From Bacillota bacterium (GTDB lineage: Bacteria > Bacillota > Dethiobacteria > DTU022), in contig JBFMGD010000003.1 of the NCBI GenBank assembly GCA_040751775.1, forward strand, positions 19,201 to 83,200: DNA of 64,000 nucleotides, in the 5' to 3' direction. Below the pieces are notes generated by a model. It was not told where the DNA came from. It searched no databases and saw only the letters and a list, made by a program, of their open reading frames with translations. Every line of letters starts with the position of its first letter. Position 1 is the stretch's first letter. A program made the translations under genes and the position numbers. Below are positions 1 to 10,514 of this stretch, piece after piece.

Positions 1-1119
1 ATTGCGGAACTGGAGCGGGAAACCCGCCACGACGTGGTCGCCTTTACGCGCTGCGTGGCCGAATCTTTAGGTGAAGAGAGCCGCTATTTTCATTATGGCT
101 TGACCTCTTCGGACGTGGTCGACACGGCCCAGTCGGTCTTGCTGCAGGAGGCGGCCGCCCTGATCAAAGATGGCCTGACCGCGCTGCGCGCCACCCTGGC
201 GGAGCAGGCGCGGCGCTTCAAGAGCACGCCCGTAATCGGCCGGACGCACGGTATGCATGCCGAGCCGACCAGCCTTGGCCTCAAGTTCGCCCTCTGGTGG
301 GCGGAAGCGGGACGAAACCTGGCGCGCCTGGAACGGGCCGCGCAAACCGTTCGCGTCGGCAAGCTATCCGGGGCTGTGGGAAACTATGCGCTGATCGATC
401 CCTTTGTGGAGGAATATGTCTGTGAGACGCTGGGCCTGGAGGCGGCGCCAATATCCACCCAGGTGCTGCAGCGGGACCGCCATGCCGAATTCGTCTCCTG
501 CCTCGCTTTAATCGGCGCCTCCCTGGAAAAGATTGCCCTGGAAATCCGCCTCCTGCAGCGCACCGAAGCGGGAGAGCTGGCCGAACCTTTTTACCGGGGT
601 CAAAAGGGTTCATCGGCGATGCCCCACAAGCGCAACCCGGTTGCCTGCGAGCAAGTTTGCGGCCTGGCCCGCCTGCTGCGCGGTTATGCGCAGGCGGCGC
701 TGGAAAACGTGGCCCTCTGGCACGAGCGCGATATCTCCCACTCTTCTGTCGAGCGGGTAATCCTGCCCGACAGCACGATCCTGGTGGATTACCTGCTGCA
801 CCAAATGGTGAGGGTCACGGGTGAATTGCATGTCTACCCGGAGCGGATGGCGGCCAACCTGGCGCTGACAGGCGGCCTGGTTTTCTCCCAGCGGGTGCTG
901 CTGGCCCTGGTGGACAGCGGCCTTTCCCGGGAGACGGCCTACGACCTGGTGCAGCGCTGCGCCATGGAGTCCATGGAGAGCGGCATCCCCTTTCAAGAGC
1001 TGCTCGGGCGGGAGAAGCAGGTCAGCGAGCGGATCAACGCTGCTACGCTCGAGGCATGCTTTGATCCCGGTTACTACCTGCAGCGGGTAGATCTGATCTA
1101 CAGCCGCCTGGGCCTTTAG
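1..1119 (+). CDS. purB: Adenylosuccinate lyase (5' end outside window)
   Basis: Frame is open from base 1 (IAELERETRHDVVAF); GRTHG, GSSAMPHKRNP and WHERDISHSS motifs; first gene of the pur cluster. Confidence 0.97.
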   Translation: MAELERETRHDVVAFTRCVAESLGEESRYFHYGLTSSDVVDTAQSVLLQEAAALIKDGLTALRATLAEQARRFKSTPVIGRTHGMHAEPTSLGLKFALWWAEAGRNLARLERAAQTVRVGKLSGAVGNYALIDPFVEEYVCETLGLEAAPISTQVLQRDRHAEFVSCLALIGASLEKIALEIRLLQRTEAGELAEPFYRGQKGSSAMPHKRNPVACEQVCGLARLLRGYAQAALENVALWHERDISHSSVERVILPDSTILVDYLLHQMVRVTGELHVYPERMAANLALTGGLVFSQRVLLALVDSGLSRETAYDLVQRCAMESMESGIPFQELLGREKQVSERINAATLEACFDPGYYLQRVDLIYSRLGL

Positions 1120-1194
1120 ATAACAAATCCTGAAAAATGTTGTGCCAATACTGTTGGACTTGGCAAAATTTATTCTCTGAGAGGAGGAATTTGC

Positions 1195-1929
1195 ATGGAA
1201 CGGGGTGAGTTTTTGTATGAAGGCAAAGCGAAAAAAATATACCGCACCGCCGATCCGGGGCTGTACCTCGTTGAATTTAAGGACGACGCCACCGCTTTCG
1301 ACGGTGTTAAAAGAGACCGCCTGCAGGACAAGGGAATCCTCAATAACCACCTCTCCGCGTATTTCTTCAGCCTGCTGGAGGAGCAGGGGGTAGCCACTCA
1401 TTTTGTGCGCACCCTCGGTGAGCGGGAGATGCTGGTCCGGGCGCTGCAGATTATTCCGGTGGAGGTGGTTGTGCGCAATATCGCCGCGGGCGGCATTTCA
1501 AAGCGCCTCGGTATACCGGAAGGGACGGCGCTCAAACGGACCGTGCTGGAGTTCTGCCTGAAAGACGACGCTTTGCACGACCCGATGATCAATCACACTC
1601 ATATTTTCGCGATGAACCTGGCCACGGCGGATGAGTTGGCCGCGCTGGAGAGAACCGCGCTGCAGGTGAACGGCATCCTGGTGCCTTACCTGAAAAAACG
1701 CGGCATCACGCTGGTGGACTTCAAACTGGAGTTCGGCCGGCACGCAGGAAGAGTGCTTCTGGGAGACGAAATTTCACCCGATACCTGCCGTTTTTGGGAT
1801 TCGGCGAGCGGCGAAAAGTTGGACAAGGATCGCTTCAGGCGCGATCTCGGCGGTGTGGTCGATGCCTACCGCGAAGTGCTGCGCCGGGTGGAAGGAGACG
1901 GGGAAAATGCAGTGGAAGGTGAAAATTGA
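1195..1929 (+). CDS. purC: SAICAR synthetase
   Basis: [45 protein letters not shown] motifs; RBS GAGGAGG. Confidence 0.98.
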   Translation: MERGEFLYEGKAKKIYRTADPGLYLVEFKDDATAFDGVKRDRLQDKGILNNHLSAYFFSLLEEQGVATHFVRTLGEREMLVRALQIIPVEVVVRNIAAGGISKRLGIPEGTALKRTVLEFCLKDDALHDPMINHTHIFAMNLATADELAALERTALQVNGILVPYLKKRGITLVDFKLEFGRHAGRVLLGDEISPDTCRFWDSASGEKLDKDRFRRDLGGVVDAYREVLRRVEGDGENAVEGEN

Positions 1930-2161
1930 GGTTACCTTGAAGAAAGGGGTCCTCGATCCCCAGGGCGCGGCCGTGGAGGGAGCGCTGCAGGTTCTGGACT
2001 ATCACAACGTCAGCCGGGTGCGGGTCGGCAAATATATGGAGCTTCTGCTCGAGACGGCGGGTCGGCAGGCGGCGGCGGAGCAGGTTGAGGAGATGTGCCG
2101 CCGGCTCCTGACCAACCCGGTGATCGAAGATTTCGGCTACACACTGCAGGAGGTACGGTGA
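1907..2161 (+). CDS. purS: FGAM synthase subunit PurS
   Basis: [12 protein letters not shown] and [10 protein letters not shown]; ATG at 1907 follows AAGGAG; stop overlaps purQ start. Confidence 0.95.
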   Translation: MQWKVKIEVTLKKGVLDPQGAAVEGALQVLDYHNVSRVRVGKYMELLLETAGRQAAAEQVEEMCRRLLTNPVIEDFGYTLQEVR

Positions 2162-2871
2162 TGAAATTCGGGGTAATTGTTTTTCCGGGCTCGAACTGCG
2201 ACCTGGATGCCTATTACCTAGTCAAAGATGTACTGCGCGAGCCGGTTGGCTATATCTGGCATGAAGAAACCGGGGTGGACGGTTACGACGCCCTAATCCT
2301 GCCCGGCGGCTTCTCGTACGGCGATTACCTGCGTTCCGGCGCGATCGCCCGCTTCGCCCCGGTGATGGCGGCGGTGGCCGATTTCGCCCAACGCGGCGGC
2401 CTGGTGCTGGGGATCTGCAACGGCTTCCAGGTGCTGACCGAAGCGGGGCTGCTGCCCGGCGCTCTCTACCGGAACGCCCATCTGCAGTTTCGCTGCCGGC
2501 AGATCTACGCGCGGGTGGAGAACAATCAGCTGCCCTTTACCGGCGCGGCCCGCCCGGGGCAGGTTCTCCGCCTGCCGATCGCGCACGGGGACGGCAACTA
2601 TTTTGCCGGCCCGGAGCTGCTGCCGCGGCTGAAAGCAAACAACCAGGTCGTCTTCCGCTACGTGGAGCAGGACGGCCGGGTGAGCGCCGCGGCCAACCCG
2701 AACGGGTCGGAAGACAATATCGCCGGCGTTTGCAACGCCGCCGGCAATGTGCTCGGGCTGATGCCCCACCCGGAGCGGGCGGGTGAGGCGCTGCTCGGCT
2801 CCGCTGACGGCCTGGTTGTTTTCCGTTCGATGCTTGAATTCTTTAAAGCGCGGGGAGGGGTGCGGCGATGA
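2161..2871 (+). CDS. purQ: FGAM synthase glutaminase subunit PurQ
   Basis: [38 protein letters not shown]. Confidence 0.98.
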   Translation: MKFGVIVFPGSNCDLDAYYLVKDVLREPVGYIWHEETGVDGYDALILPGGFSYGDYLRSGAIARFAPVMAAVADFAQRGGLVLGICNGFQVLTEAGLLPGALYRNAHLQFRCRQIYARVENNQLPFTGAARPGQVLRLPIAHGDGNYFAGPELLPRLKANNQVVFRYVEQDGRVSAAANPNGSEDNIAGVCNAAGNVLGLMPHPERAGEALLGSADGLVVFRSMLEFFKARGGVRR

Positions 2872-5066
2872 CGGGAAAAGGATGGCGCCAACTGGGTTTG
2901 ACCGATGATGAATATAAGTTAATCTGCGCCGATCTGGGCCGCGATCCCAACCGGGCTGAATTGAACATGTACAGCGTGATGTGGTCCGAGCACTGCAGCT
3001 ACAAGCATTCCAAGTCAAGCCTGCGGCTCTTCCCCACCGAGGGGAAACGAGTGCTGCAGGGGCCGGGTGAAAATGCCGGGGTGGTCGATCTCGGCGGCGG
3101 CTGGGCGGCGGCCTTTAAAATTGAAAGCCACAACCACCCTTCGGCTGTTGAACCTTACCAGGGAGCGGCCACGGGAGTGGGCGGGATCATCCGCGACATC
3201 TTCACCATGGGCGCACGCCCGGTGGCGATGCTGAACAGCCTCCGTTTCGGTACACTGGATGATGCCCGCGGGCGTTATCTTTTTGACGGGGTGGTGGCCG
3301 GCATCGGTGGTTACGGCAACTGTATCGGCATCCCTACCGTCGCCGGCGAAATCTATTTTGAACAATGTTACAAGGGTAACCCGCTGGTCAACGCCATGTG
3401 CGTCGGTGTTTTGCCCGTCGAGAGGCTGGTGCTGGGCAAAGCCGCGGGAGCCGGCAACCTGGTGGTGCTGGTCGGAGCGCGCACCGGCCGGGACGGCATC
3501 CACGGCGTTACTTTTGCCTCCGAAGAGCTCTCCGAGGCCTCGGAAGAGAAGCGCCCTTCGGTGCAGGTGGGCGATCCCTTCCTGGAAAAGCTGCTCATGG
3601 AAGCCTGCCTGGAGGTGATCGAGCAGGGCCTTGTCGTGGGGGTGCAGGATCTGGGCGGCGCCGGCCTCACCTGCGCGGTTACCGAAACAGCCTCCCGGGC
3701 GGGAACGGGTATTGAGCTGGACCTGGACAAAGTGCCGCTGCGGGAAGAGGGAATGGAACCTTTTGAGATCATGGTCTCCGAATCGCAGGAGCGGATGCTG
3801 CTGATCGTGGCGCCGGAGCAAGCGGCGGCTGTGGAGGCCGTGTTCAAGCGCTGGGGCCTGCTCTACACCGTGATCGGACAGGTGACCGGCGACGGGATGA
3901 TCCTGGTCAACTACCGGGGAGCGGTCGTGGCTCGTGTTCCGGCGGCCAGCGTGGCCGGGGGAGCGCCGGAATATGAGCCGGCAGGAAAAGAACCGGCCTA
4001 CTACCGGCAGCTCTCCGGGTGTGATCCGCTGGACCTGCTTGCGATTGACGACTACGATTTGGCGCTGCGCAAGGTGCTCGGCTCGCTCGATATCGCTTCG
4101 AAGGAGTGGGTCTGGCGCCGCTACGACCACATGGTGCGCACCTGCACCGTCCAGGGACCCGGCGGGGATGCCGCGGTGATCCGGCTGCGTGAAACCGGGC
4201 AGGCGCTGGCAATGAGCGTGGACGGAAACGGCCGCCAGGTCTACCTGGACCCGTATAAAGGCGGCATGATGGCGGTGGCCGAAGCCACGCGCAACCTGGC
4301 CTGTGTCGGCGCCGAACCGCTCGGCATTACCGACTGCCTCAATTTCGGCAATCCGGAAAAGCCGGAGATTTTCTGGCAATTCAGGCGAGCCGGGGAAGGG
4401 ATGGCCGAAGCCTGCCGGGTACTGGAGGTGCCGGTGGTGGGCGGCAACGTCAGCTTTTACAACGAGGTGGAGGGCGAACCGATTTTCCCCACCCCGGTGG
4501 TGGGGGCTGTGGGTCTGCTGGAAAGCCCGGAGCGGCAGTGCACCGCCGCATTCAGGCAAGCAGGGGACCTGGTCTTTCTTATGGGCGCCGGGAAGCTTTC
4601 ACTGGGCGGCAGCCAGCTGCTGAAAGCGCTCGGTCAAGCCGTGACCGGGTTCTTGCCGCCAATTGACCTGGAGCTGGAAAAGCGGCTGCAGGAGCTGCTG
4701 CGCCGGGCGGTGCGGGAGGGCATTCTCGCCTCGGCCCACGATCTCTCCGACGGGGGATTGGCCGCGGCGCTGGCGGAAAGCTGTATCGCGGGCGGCCTGG
4801 GGGCAATTGTTCAACTGGTGGAGCATCCGCGGCCCGAGCTGCCGCTCTTCGGAGAAGGCCCTTCACGTGTGATCGTTTCCCTGGATCCGGCCAACCGGGA
4901 GAAGCTGGCGGCCCTGGCCGATACGCTGGCGGTACCGCTGGCTGAAATTGGACACGCCGGTGGAGAGCGCCTGGTAATAAGCATGTCAAGCAAAAAGTTA
5001 ATCGACACGCCGGTCGGCGCGCTGAAGAAGGTCTATGAGGAGGCTTTACCGTGCGTGATGGAATAA
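2868..5066 (+). CDS. purL: FGAM synthase subunit PurL (small type)
   Basis: [47 protein letters not shown]. Confidence 0.98.
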   Translation: MTGKGWRQLGLTDDEYKLICADLGRDPNRAELNMYSVMWSEHCSYKHSKSSLRLFPTEGKRVLQGPGENAGVVDLGGGWAAAFKIESHNHPSAVEPYQGAATGVGGIIRDIFTMGARPVAMLNSLRFGTLDDARGRYLFDGVVAGIGGYGNCIGIPTVAGEIYFEQCYKGNPLVNAMCVGVLPVERLVLGKAAGAGNLVVLVGARTGRDGIHGVTFASEELSEASEEKRPSVQVGDPFLEKLLMEACLEVIEQGLVVGVQDLGGAGLTCAVTETASRAGTGIELDLDKVPLREEGMEPFEIMVSESQERMLLIVAPEQAAAVEAVFKRWGLLYTVIGQVTGDGMILVNYRGAVVARVPAASVAGGAPEYEPAGKEPAYYRQLSGCDPLDLLAIDDYDLALRKVLGSLDIASKEWVWRRYDHMVRTCTVQGPGGDAAVIRLRETGQALAMSVDGNGRQVYLDPYKGGMMAVAEATRNLACVGAEPLGITDCLNFGNPEKPEIFWQFRRAGEGMAEACRVLEVPVVGGNVSFYNEVEGEPIFPTPVVGAVGLLESPERQCTAAFRQAGDLVFLMGAGKLSLGGSQLLKALGQAVTGFLPPIDLELEKRLQELLRRAVREGILASAHDLSDGGLAAALAESCIAGGLGAIVQLVEHPRPELPLFGEGPSRVIVSLDPANREKLAALADTLAVPLAEIGHAGGERLVISMSSKKLIDTPVGALKKVYEEALPCVME

Positions 5067-6466
5067 CAATACGGCGGAAGCTGAAAGAAGCCTGCGGTGT
5101 CTGCGGCGGAATCGCTGAAGGGCTGCCGCTGGCCTACCTCACCTGCTTCGCGCTCTATGCCCTGCAGCACCGCGGCCAGGAGAGCGCCGGCCTGGCCGTG
5201 GTCGCCGGTGACGGCGGCGCTTTATGGGTAAAACGCGGCATGGGGCTGGTTTCCGAGGTCTTTCCGGCCATGGTTGATTTAAAAAGCCGGCCGGGTAATC
5301 TTACCGTCGGGCATGTGCGCTATTCGTATGGTGAGGAGGGCGCCCACCCGGAAAACGCGCAGCCTTTACTGCTGCGCTATCGCTACGGCGAGCTCGCGGT
5401 AGCCCACAACGGCCGCCTGTTGAACGGGGCCGCGCTGCGGGAAGAGTTGGAAGATAAGGGGGCCATTTTTCAAACCGGCACCGACAGCGAACTGCTGGCC
5501 CACCTGATCGCCCGTCAGGGCAGCCCCGACCCGGCGGAAGCGCTGGCCGCGGTGGCGCCGCGCTTGAAGGGAGCATTTACCTTTGTGATCACCGACGGGA
5601 AGAAGGTGATCGGGCTGCGGGACGGGCACGGTTTCCGGCCCTTATCCCTGGCCGCGCTGGGCGGCCAAGGCTTTTTTTTGGCCTCGGAAACCTGCGCGTT
5701 TGATACGATCGGCGCCGATTTTATCCGGGATATCGCTCCCGGCGAGATGGTCGTGCTGGATCAAAACGGCGTCGAGAGCCGCATGCTGATCGAACAGGAA
5801 AAGAGCTCCTTTTGTATGTTTGAATATATCTATTTTGCCCGTCCCGACAGCAACCTGCAGGGGATCAACGTGCACCTGGCGCGGCGGGAGCTGGGCCGTC
5901 AACTGGCCCGCGAACAACCGGTGGCGGCGGATCTCGTTTCGGGTGTGCCTGATTCGAGCATCGCCGCGGCTTCCGGTTATGCGGAAGAGGCGGGGTTGCC
6001 GTACGAGATGGCCCTGGTTAAAAACCGTTATATCGGGCGCACCTTTATTCAGCCGACCCGGCAGATGCGTGAAGAAGGCGTGGATCTGAAGTTAAACATC
6101 GTGCAGAAGATCGTGGAAGGAAAACGGATCGTCATTGTGGACGACTCGATCGTGCGCGGCACGACCAGCATGAAGCTGGCGCGGATGATGCGCCGGGCCG
6201 GGGCGCGTGCAGTGCATTTGCGAGTCAGTTCACCCCCGGTAATCGCCTCCTGCTATTACGGTATCGACACCCCCACCGCGGCGGAGCTGCTTTCGAGCGG
6301 CCGGGACGCGGCGGCGGTGGCGGCGGCGCTCGGCGTCGATTCGGTGGGTTACCTGAGCCATGCCGGGATGATCCAAGCCGTCGGCCTGCCGGCAGAACAG
6401 CTCTGCCGGGCCTGCTTTACCGGCTGCTACCCCGAACCGATTTGCCAGGATTATTGTCAAAGGTGA
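5051..6466 (+). CDS. purF: Amidophosphoribosyltransferase
   Basis: Short propeptide then CG (KLKEACGV); [25 protein letters not shown] loop; Fe-S cysteines (CMFEYIY, CYYGID, CRAC). Confidence 0.97.
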   Translation: MRDGITIRRKLKEACGVCGGIAEGLPLAYLTCFALYALQHRGQESAGLAVVAGDGGALWVKRGMGLVSEVFPAMVDLKSRPGNLTVGHVRYSYGEEGAHPENAQPLLLRYRYGELAVAHNGRLLNGAALREELEDKGAIFQTGTDSELLAHLIARQGSPDPAEALAAVAPRLKGAFTFVITDGKKVIGLRDGHGFRPLSLAALGGQGFFLASETCAFDTIGADFIRDIAPGEMVVLDQNGVESRMLIEQEKSSFCMFEYIYFARPDSNLQGINVHLARRELGRQLAREQPVAADLVSGVPDSSIAAASGYAEEAGLPYEMALVKNRYIGRTFIQPTRQMREEGVDLKLNIVQKIVEGKRIVIVDDSIVRGTTSMKLARMMRRAGARAVHLRVSSPPVIASCYYGIDTPTAAELLSSGRDAAAVAAALGVDSVGYLSHAGMIQAVGLPAEQLCRACFTGCYPEPICQDYCQR

Positions 6467-6710
6467 TTCCCTCCTTTCAAAAGGGGTAGGGGTGACCCGG
6501 TCTTGATCGACACTAATGACCTGGTCCGGCGGGATAAAATTTCCACTGCATCTGCCTGCCGGTTGTTATATAATATGGTTTGCGTTCTTGAGCTTGCACT
6601 TGCGGAAAAAGACGCGGCTATATTTTTTCGGAAAAAGCAGGGATTTTCGCTGTTGATCCTGTATTTATTAAGCTGTAAATTTGTCTTACGGACCGAAGGA
6701 GGATAATGAA

Positions 6711-8690
6711 ATGGAGAATTACTTGTATGCGGTGCCGCTAACCGCCCTGGTTGCGCTGGTGTTCGCCCTGATCCTTTGGACCCGGGTGAGCCGGGCGGAC
6801 GCGGGCACCGACCGGATGAAGGAGATCGCGGGCGCGATCCACGAGGGCGCCATGGCTTTCATGAAGCGGGAATATACCTATCTCGCCGTCTTCGTGGTGG
6901 TTTTAACCGCGGTTCTCGCTGCAGCCATTAACCCCTTGACCGCGGCCAGCTTTGTTGTCGGCGCCGTCTTGTCGGCCCTGGCGGGCTATGCGGGGATGAA
7001 GGTAGCCACCAGCGCCAATGTGCGCACCGCCAACGCCGCCCGGCACGGGGTCAATCCGGCCCTGACGATGGCGTTTTCCAGCGGCACGATTATGGGTATG
7101 ATGGTGGCCGGCCTGGGCCTGCTTGGTTTGGGTATTCTTTATATATTCATACGCGATCCCGCGGTGGTGAACGGTTATGCCCTGGGAGCCAGTTCGATCG
7201 CCCTCTTCGCCCGGGTCGGCGGCGGCATCTACACCAAGGCCGCCGATGTCGGCTCCGACCTGGTCGGCAAGGTTGAAGCGGGTATCCCCGAGGACGACCC
7301 CCGCAACGCCGGCGTAATCGCCGACAACGTGGGCGACAATGTCGGAGACGTGGCCGGCATGGGCGCCGATCTGTTCGAGTCTTACGTCGGATCGATGATT
7401 GCCGCGATGACGGTCGGAGTAGTTGCTTTTAATGTTAAAGGGTTGGCTTTTGAAGCGGCCCTGCTGCCGTTGCTGGTGGCCTCCGTCGGTATCCTGGCCT
7501 CGGTCATTGCCTTTTTCTTCGTCAGGGCCAGGGAAGGCGTCCGCCTGGGGGCTGTCCTAGAACGGGGGATTATCGTCAGCTCGGTGGTGGTTGTGGCCGC
7601 CTCCTACTTTATCACCCGGTTTGTCCTCGGCGAAATGGGCCCCTTCTACGCGGTTGTGGCTGGGCTTTTTGCCGGCGTGATCATCGGCCGGATTACCGAG
7701 TATTATACTTCGGCACACTATAAACCGGTCCAGGCGATCGCCAAAGCTTCACTGACCGGCCCGGCTACCAATATCATCAGCGGCATCGCCGTGGGGATGA
7801 AGAGTACGATGATGCCTATCCTGGCGATCGTGGCGGCGATCCTGGTTTCGTACCACTTCGCCGGCGTCTACGGTATCGCCATCGCCGCGGTGGGGATGCT
7901 TTCCACCGTCGGCATGACCGTGGCGGTCGATGCCTACGGGCCCGTGGCCGACAATGCCGGCGGCATCGCCGAGATGGCGGAGTTGGAAAAGGGTGTGCGC
8001 AAGATTACTGATGAGCTGGATGCCGTGGGCAATACCACCGCTGCGATCGGCAAAGGTTTTGCCATCGGTTCGGCGGCGCTGACCGCCCTGGCTCTCTTTA
8101 CCGCTTATTCCCAGGTGGCCGGGTTAAGCGTGATCAATATTACCGACGCGCGCGTGATTGCCGGCCTGTTGATCGGTGGAATGCTGACCTTCTTCTTTAC
8201 CTCGCGGACCATGGAAGCGGTCGGCAACGCCGCCTTCAGCCTGATCGAAGAGATCCGGCGCCAGTTTAAAGAGATCCCCGGGCTGATGGAAGGCAAAGCG
8301 AGGCCCGAGTATGCCCGCTGCGTCGATATCAGTACCCGGGCCGCTCTTAAAGAGATGGTCCTGCCCGGCCTGATGGCGGTAGTGGTGCCCCTCGCTGTGG
8401 GCTTGATACCATTCCTCGGCAAAGAGGCGCTGGGCGGCCTGCTGGCCGGCTCGCTGGTTACCGGGGTGCTCCAGGCGATCAACATGGCCAACGCCGGCGG
8501 CGCCTGGGATAACGCCAAGAAATTCATTGAATCCGGCGAATACGGCGGCAAGGGCAGCGAGCCCCATAAAGCGGCCGTGGTGGGCGATACCGTCGGCGAC
8601 CCCTTCAAGGACACCGCCGGCCCCAGCCTGAACATCCTGATCAAACTGATGAGCATCGTGGCCCTGGTCTTCGCCCCGCTGTTCTTCTAA
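6711..8690 (+). CDS. hppA: Membrane-bound pyrophosphatase, K+-dependent, probably Na+-translocating
   Basis: [40 protein letters not shown]; GNTTAA (Ala, K+-dependent class); ADLFESY gate Glu at the Na+-PPase position; ATG 6711 after AAGGAGG. Confidence 0.93.
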   Translation: MENYLYAVPLTALVALVFALILWTRVSRADAGTDRMKEIAGAIHEGAMAFMKREYTYLAVFVVVLTAVLAAAINPLTAASFVVGAVLSALAGYAGMKVATSANVRTANAARHGVNPALTMAFSSGTIMGMMVAGLGLLGLGILYIFIRDPAVVNGYALGASSIALFARVGGGIYTKAADVGSDLVGKVEAGIPEDDPRNAGVIADNVGDNVGDVAGMGADLFESYVGSMIAAMTVGVVAFNVKGLAFEAALLPLLVASVGILASVIAFFFVRAREGVRLGAVLERGIIVSSVVVVAASYFITRFVLGEMGPFYAVVAGLFAGVIIGRITEYYTSAHYKPVQAIAKASLTGPATNIISGIAVGMKSTMMPILAIVAAILVSYHFAGVYGIAIAAVGMLSTVGMTVAVDAYGPVADNAGGIAEMAELEKGVRKITDELDAVGNTTAAIGKGFAIGSAALTALALFTAYSQVAGLSVINITDARVIAGLLIGGMLTFFFTSRTMEAVGNAAFSLIEEIRRQFKEIPGLMEGKARPEYARCVDISTRAALKEMVLPGLMAVVVPLAVGLIPFLGKEALGGLLAGSLVTGVLQAINMANAGGAWDNAKKFIESGEYGGKGSEPHKAAVVGDTVGDPFKDTAGPSLNILIKLMSIVALVFAPLFF

Positions 8691-8716
8691 ACTTAGCGCT
8701 TTAGGTTATCCGGTTA

Positions 8717-8752
8717 AATTAGGGCACTTCCTTGCGGATGTGCCCTTTAATT
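8717..8752 (+). terminator. Probable intrinsic terminator of hppA
   Basis: AGGGCAC(T)TCC-ttgc-GGA(T)GTGCCCT stem followed by TTAATT. Confidence 0.6.
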
Positions 8753-8770
8753 AGGCCAAGTCCCCCTTTT

Positions 8771-8811
8771 TGGGACAAGTGGGACAAGGGGACAGGTTCC
8801 TTGTCCCACTT
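8771..8811 (+). repeat. REP-like hairpin copy A (doubled left arm)
   Basis: TGGGACAAG-TGGGACAAG-GGGACAGGTTC-CTTGTCCCA; 13-bp stem 8777-8789/8799-8811. Confidence 0.9.
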
Positions 8812-8820
8812 AATTTTATA

Positions 8821-8867
8821 TGCAATGGGACAATGGGACAAGGGGACAGGTTTCTTGTCCCATTGCA
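8821..8867 (+). repeat. REP-like hairpin copy B (doubled left arm)
   Basis: TGCAA-TGGGACAA-TGGGACAAG-GGGACAGGTTT-CTTGTCCCA-TTGCA; alternative 12-bp and 13-bp stems. Confidence 0.9.
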
Positions 8868-8902
8868 ATGTTAATGGTAAAATGGTGCTGAGGTGACTAA
8901 TA

Positions 8903-9664
8903 ATGCCAAGGCATGCGCGGGAAAGAAGTGAAACCGGAATCTATCATGTTATCCTTCGCGGTATTAATAAACAAACAATATTTAAAGATGAAGTAGATAA
9001 AGAAAGACTTTTCGAGACTCTAAAGCGTTTTAAAATGGTTAGCCTCTATGAACTCTATGGTTATTGTTTCATGAACAACCATATTCACATTCTCATTAAA
9101 GAGACAACAGAACCAATCTCATTAGTAGTTAAACGAATCATTAGCAGCTATGTTTACTGGTATAACTGGAAGTATGAACGGTGCGGGCACTTGTTTCAAG
9201 AACGATTCAAAAGTGAAGCTGTTGAAAACGATCGCTACTTTTTAACTGTTCTCAGATATATTCATCAAAACCCGGTGAGAGCGGGAATAGCAAAAAAAGT
9301 GTATGATTTTCGATGGAGCAGCTTCCAAGAATACATGAAAAAACAGGTCATAACAAACATTGACTTCGCATTAGATATGTTTTCAGCGGATAGACAAAAA
9401 GCAATTATACTGTTTGAGGCATTTATGAACGAGCAGAGCAATTACTTATGCTTGGATTATGATGATAAGACACGGGTACCGGATAGTGAGATTAAAGCTA
9501 TTCTTTTAAAGAAAGGCGTCTCTGATATAAACGAATTACCCCGGCTTGAAAAGCGTAAAAGGGATGAGATTATCAATGCACTTAAGTCAATAGAGGGTGT
9601 AACAATCAGGCAACTGTCACGCTTAACCGGAATCACCAAGAGTGTTATTGGCAGGATCCAGTGA
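8903..9664 (+). mobile_element. REP-associated tyrosine transposase (RAYT/TnpA-REP, Y1_Tnp HUH nuclease) with C-terminal HTH-like extension
   Basis: YHVILRGINKQ, HUH motif MNNHIHIL, LFQERFKS, catalytic-Tyr region YIHQNPVRAG, WSS; C-terminal TIRQLSRLTGITKSVI; visibly AT-rich versus flanks; bracketed by palindromic repeats. Confidence 0.9.
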
Positions 9665-9710
9665 AACTGGGACAAGGGACCTGTCCCCTTGTCCCACCTT
9701 GTCCCAGTTT
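9664..9710 (-). repeat. REP-like hairpin copy C (inverted relative to A and B)
   Basis: Minus strand reads AAAC-TGGGACAAGG-TGGGACAAG-GGGACAGGTCC-CTTGTCCCA-GTTT; 14-bp outer stem 9664-9677/9697-9710; overlaps the RAYT stop codon. Confidence 0.9.
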
Positions 9711-9716
9711 ATAGTT

Positions 9717-10514
9717 TTAGCCGGTAAACTCCTTCCGGTTCAGAAAGCGAAAGCCGAGGCCGGTGCCGAGCAGGAAAAGCAGCAGCAGCACTGCCATCCC
9801 GGCCAGAAACGGTTCGCCGGCTACGGCGTCTTCCAGGGCCGCGTAATGGTAGAGATTGATATACTTGAGGAAGGCCAGCTTTTCCGTCAGTTTGCTCAAC
9901 GCGTCGATGATAAAGAAGCCGAACCCCAGCCCCACGCCGAGGGATGTTGTCCCCTGCACCGTATTGATGAAAGGCGCGGCGGCGAAAGCGATCCCCCCTA
10001 CCGCCAGGGAGGCCAGGAAGCCCGCCAGGTGCACAAGGAGCTGCCCCGAGGGGTCAAAATCGCCGGGAGCGGTCGCTGAACCCACGGCCAGGGAGGCCCC
10101 GTAAAGCAGCGCCCAGAGCAGCAGGTTCAGGAGCAAGAAGAGGGCCGTTTTAGAGGCCATAATGCGGCTCCGGGTAAGCGGCCGGGTGAAGAGGAATTCG
10201 GCCGTGTTCAGGTCCGCTTCGCGGCTGATCAGGCGCCCGGCCAGCATCGCGGTATAGATCAAAGCCAGGAGCAGCGCGTACTGCATGACCATGCCGGCAT
10301 AGTAAAGGTTAATGTCCTGGAAGAGGCTGCCGGTAATATTGAACGCATCTTTGATCGTGTCCGGATATCCCTCCAACAGTTTGGCGAATTCAGGGTCCTG
10401 CATATAGGGGAAGAACGGCAGGTAAATCGCGATAATCAGCAAGACCACGCCAGCCCAGATCAGGAAGCTGCGCCGGTTGAGCCGCAGCTCCTTGCGGATA
10501 ATATTATAGGACAT
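9717..10514 (-). CDS. ABC-2 type exporter permease
   Basis: About six hydrophobic segments; ISREADLNTAEFLFTRPLTRSRIMASK signature; overlaps the ATPase gene. Confidence 0.85.
   Translation of the reverse strand: MSYNIIRKELRLNRRSFLIWAGVVLLIIAIYLPFFPYMQDPEFAKLLEGYPDTIKDAFNITGSLFQDINLYYAGMVMQYALLLALIYTAMLAGRLISREADLNTAEFLFTRPLTRSRIMASKTALFLLLNLLLWALLYGASLAVGSATAPGDFDPSGQLLVHLAGFLASLAVGGIAFAAAPFINTVQGTTSLGVGLGFGFFIIDALSKLTEKLAFLKYINLYHYAALEDAVAGEPFLAGMAVLLLLFLLGTGLGFRFLNRKEFTG

Noticed and set aside
3015-4559. Long antisense ORFs (also 610-1401, 23866-25020, 28547-29791, 42002-43045, 56490-57254)
   Set aside because: They lie opposite well-supported genes and have no recognisable motifs; typical shadow ORFs of GC-rich DNA
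6503-6706. 67-aa ORF between purF and hppA
   Set aside because: No family motif; overlaps AT-rich promoter-like sequence. I also could not support a Na+-sensing riboswitch here from memory
8771-8867. Possible mini-CRISPR array
   Set aside because: Only two adjacent units separated by 9 bp, a third copy inverted, no spacers and no cas genes; better explained as REP hairpins
8771-9710. Classical IS with terminal inverted repeats and target duplication
   Set aside because: The enzyme is HUH/Y1 rather than DDE; the ends are internal hairpins and no direct target duplication was seen
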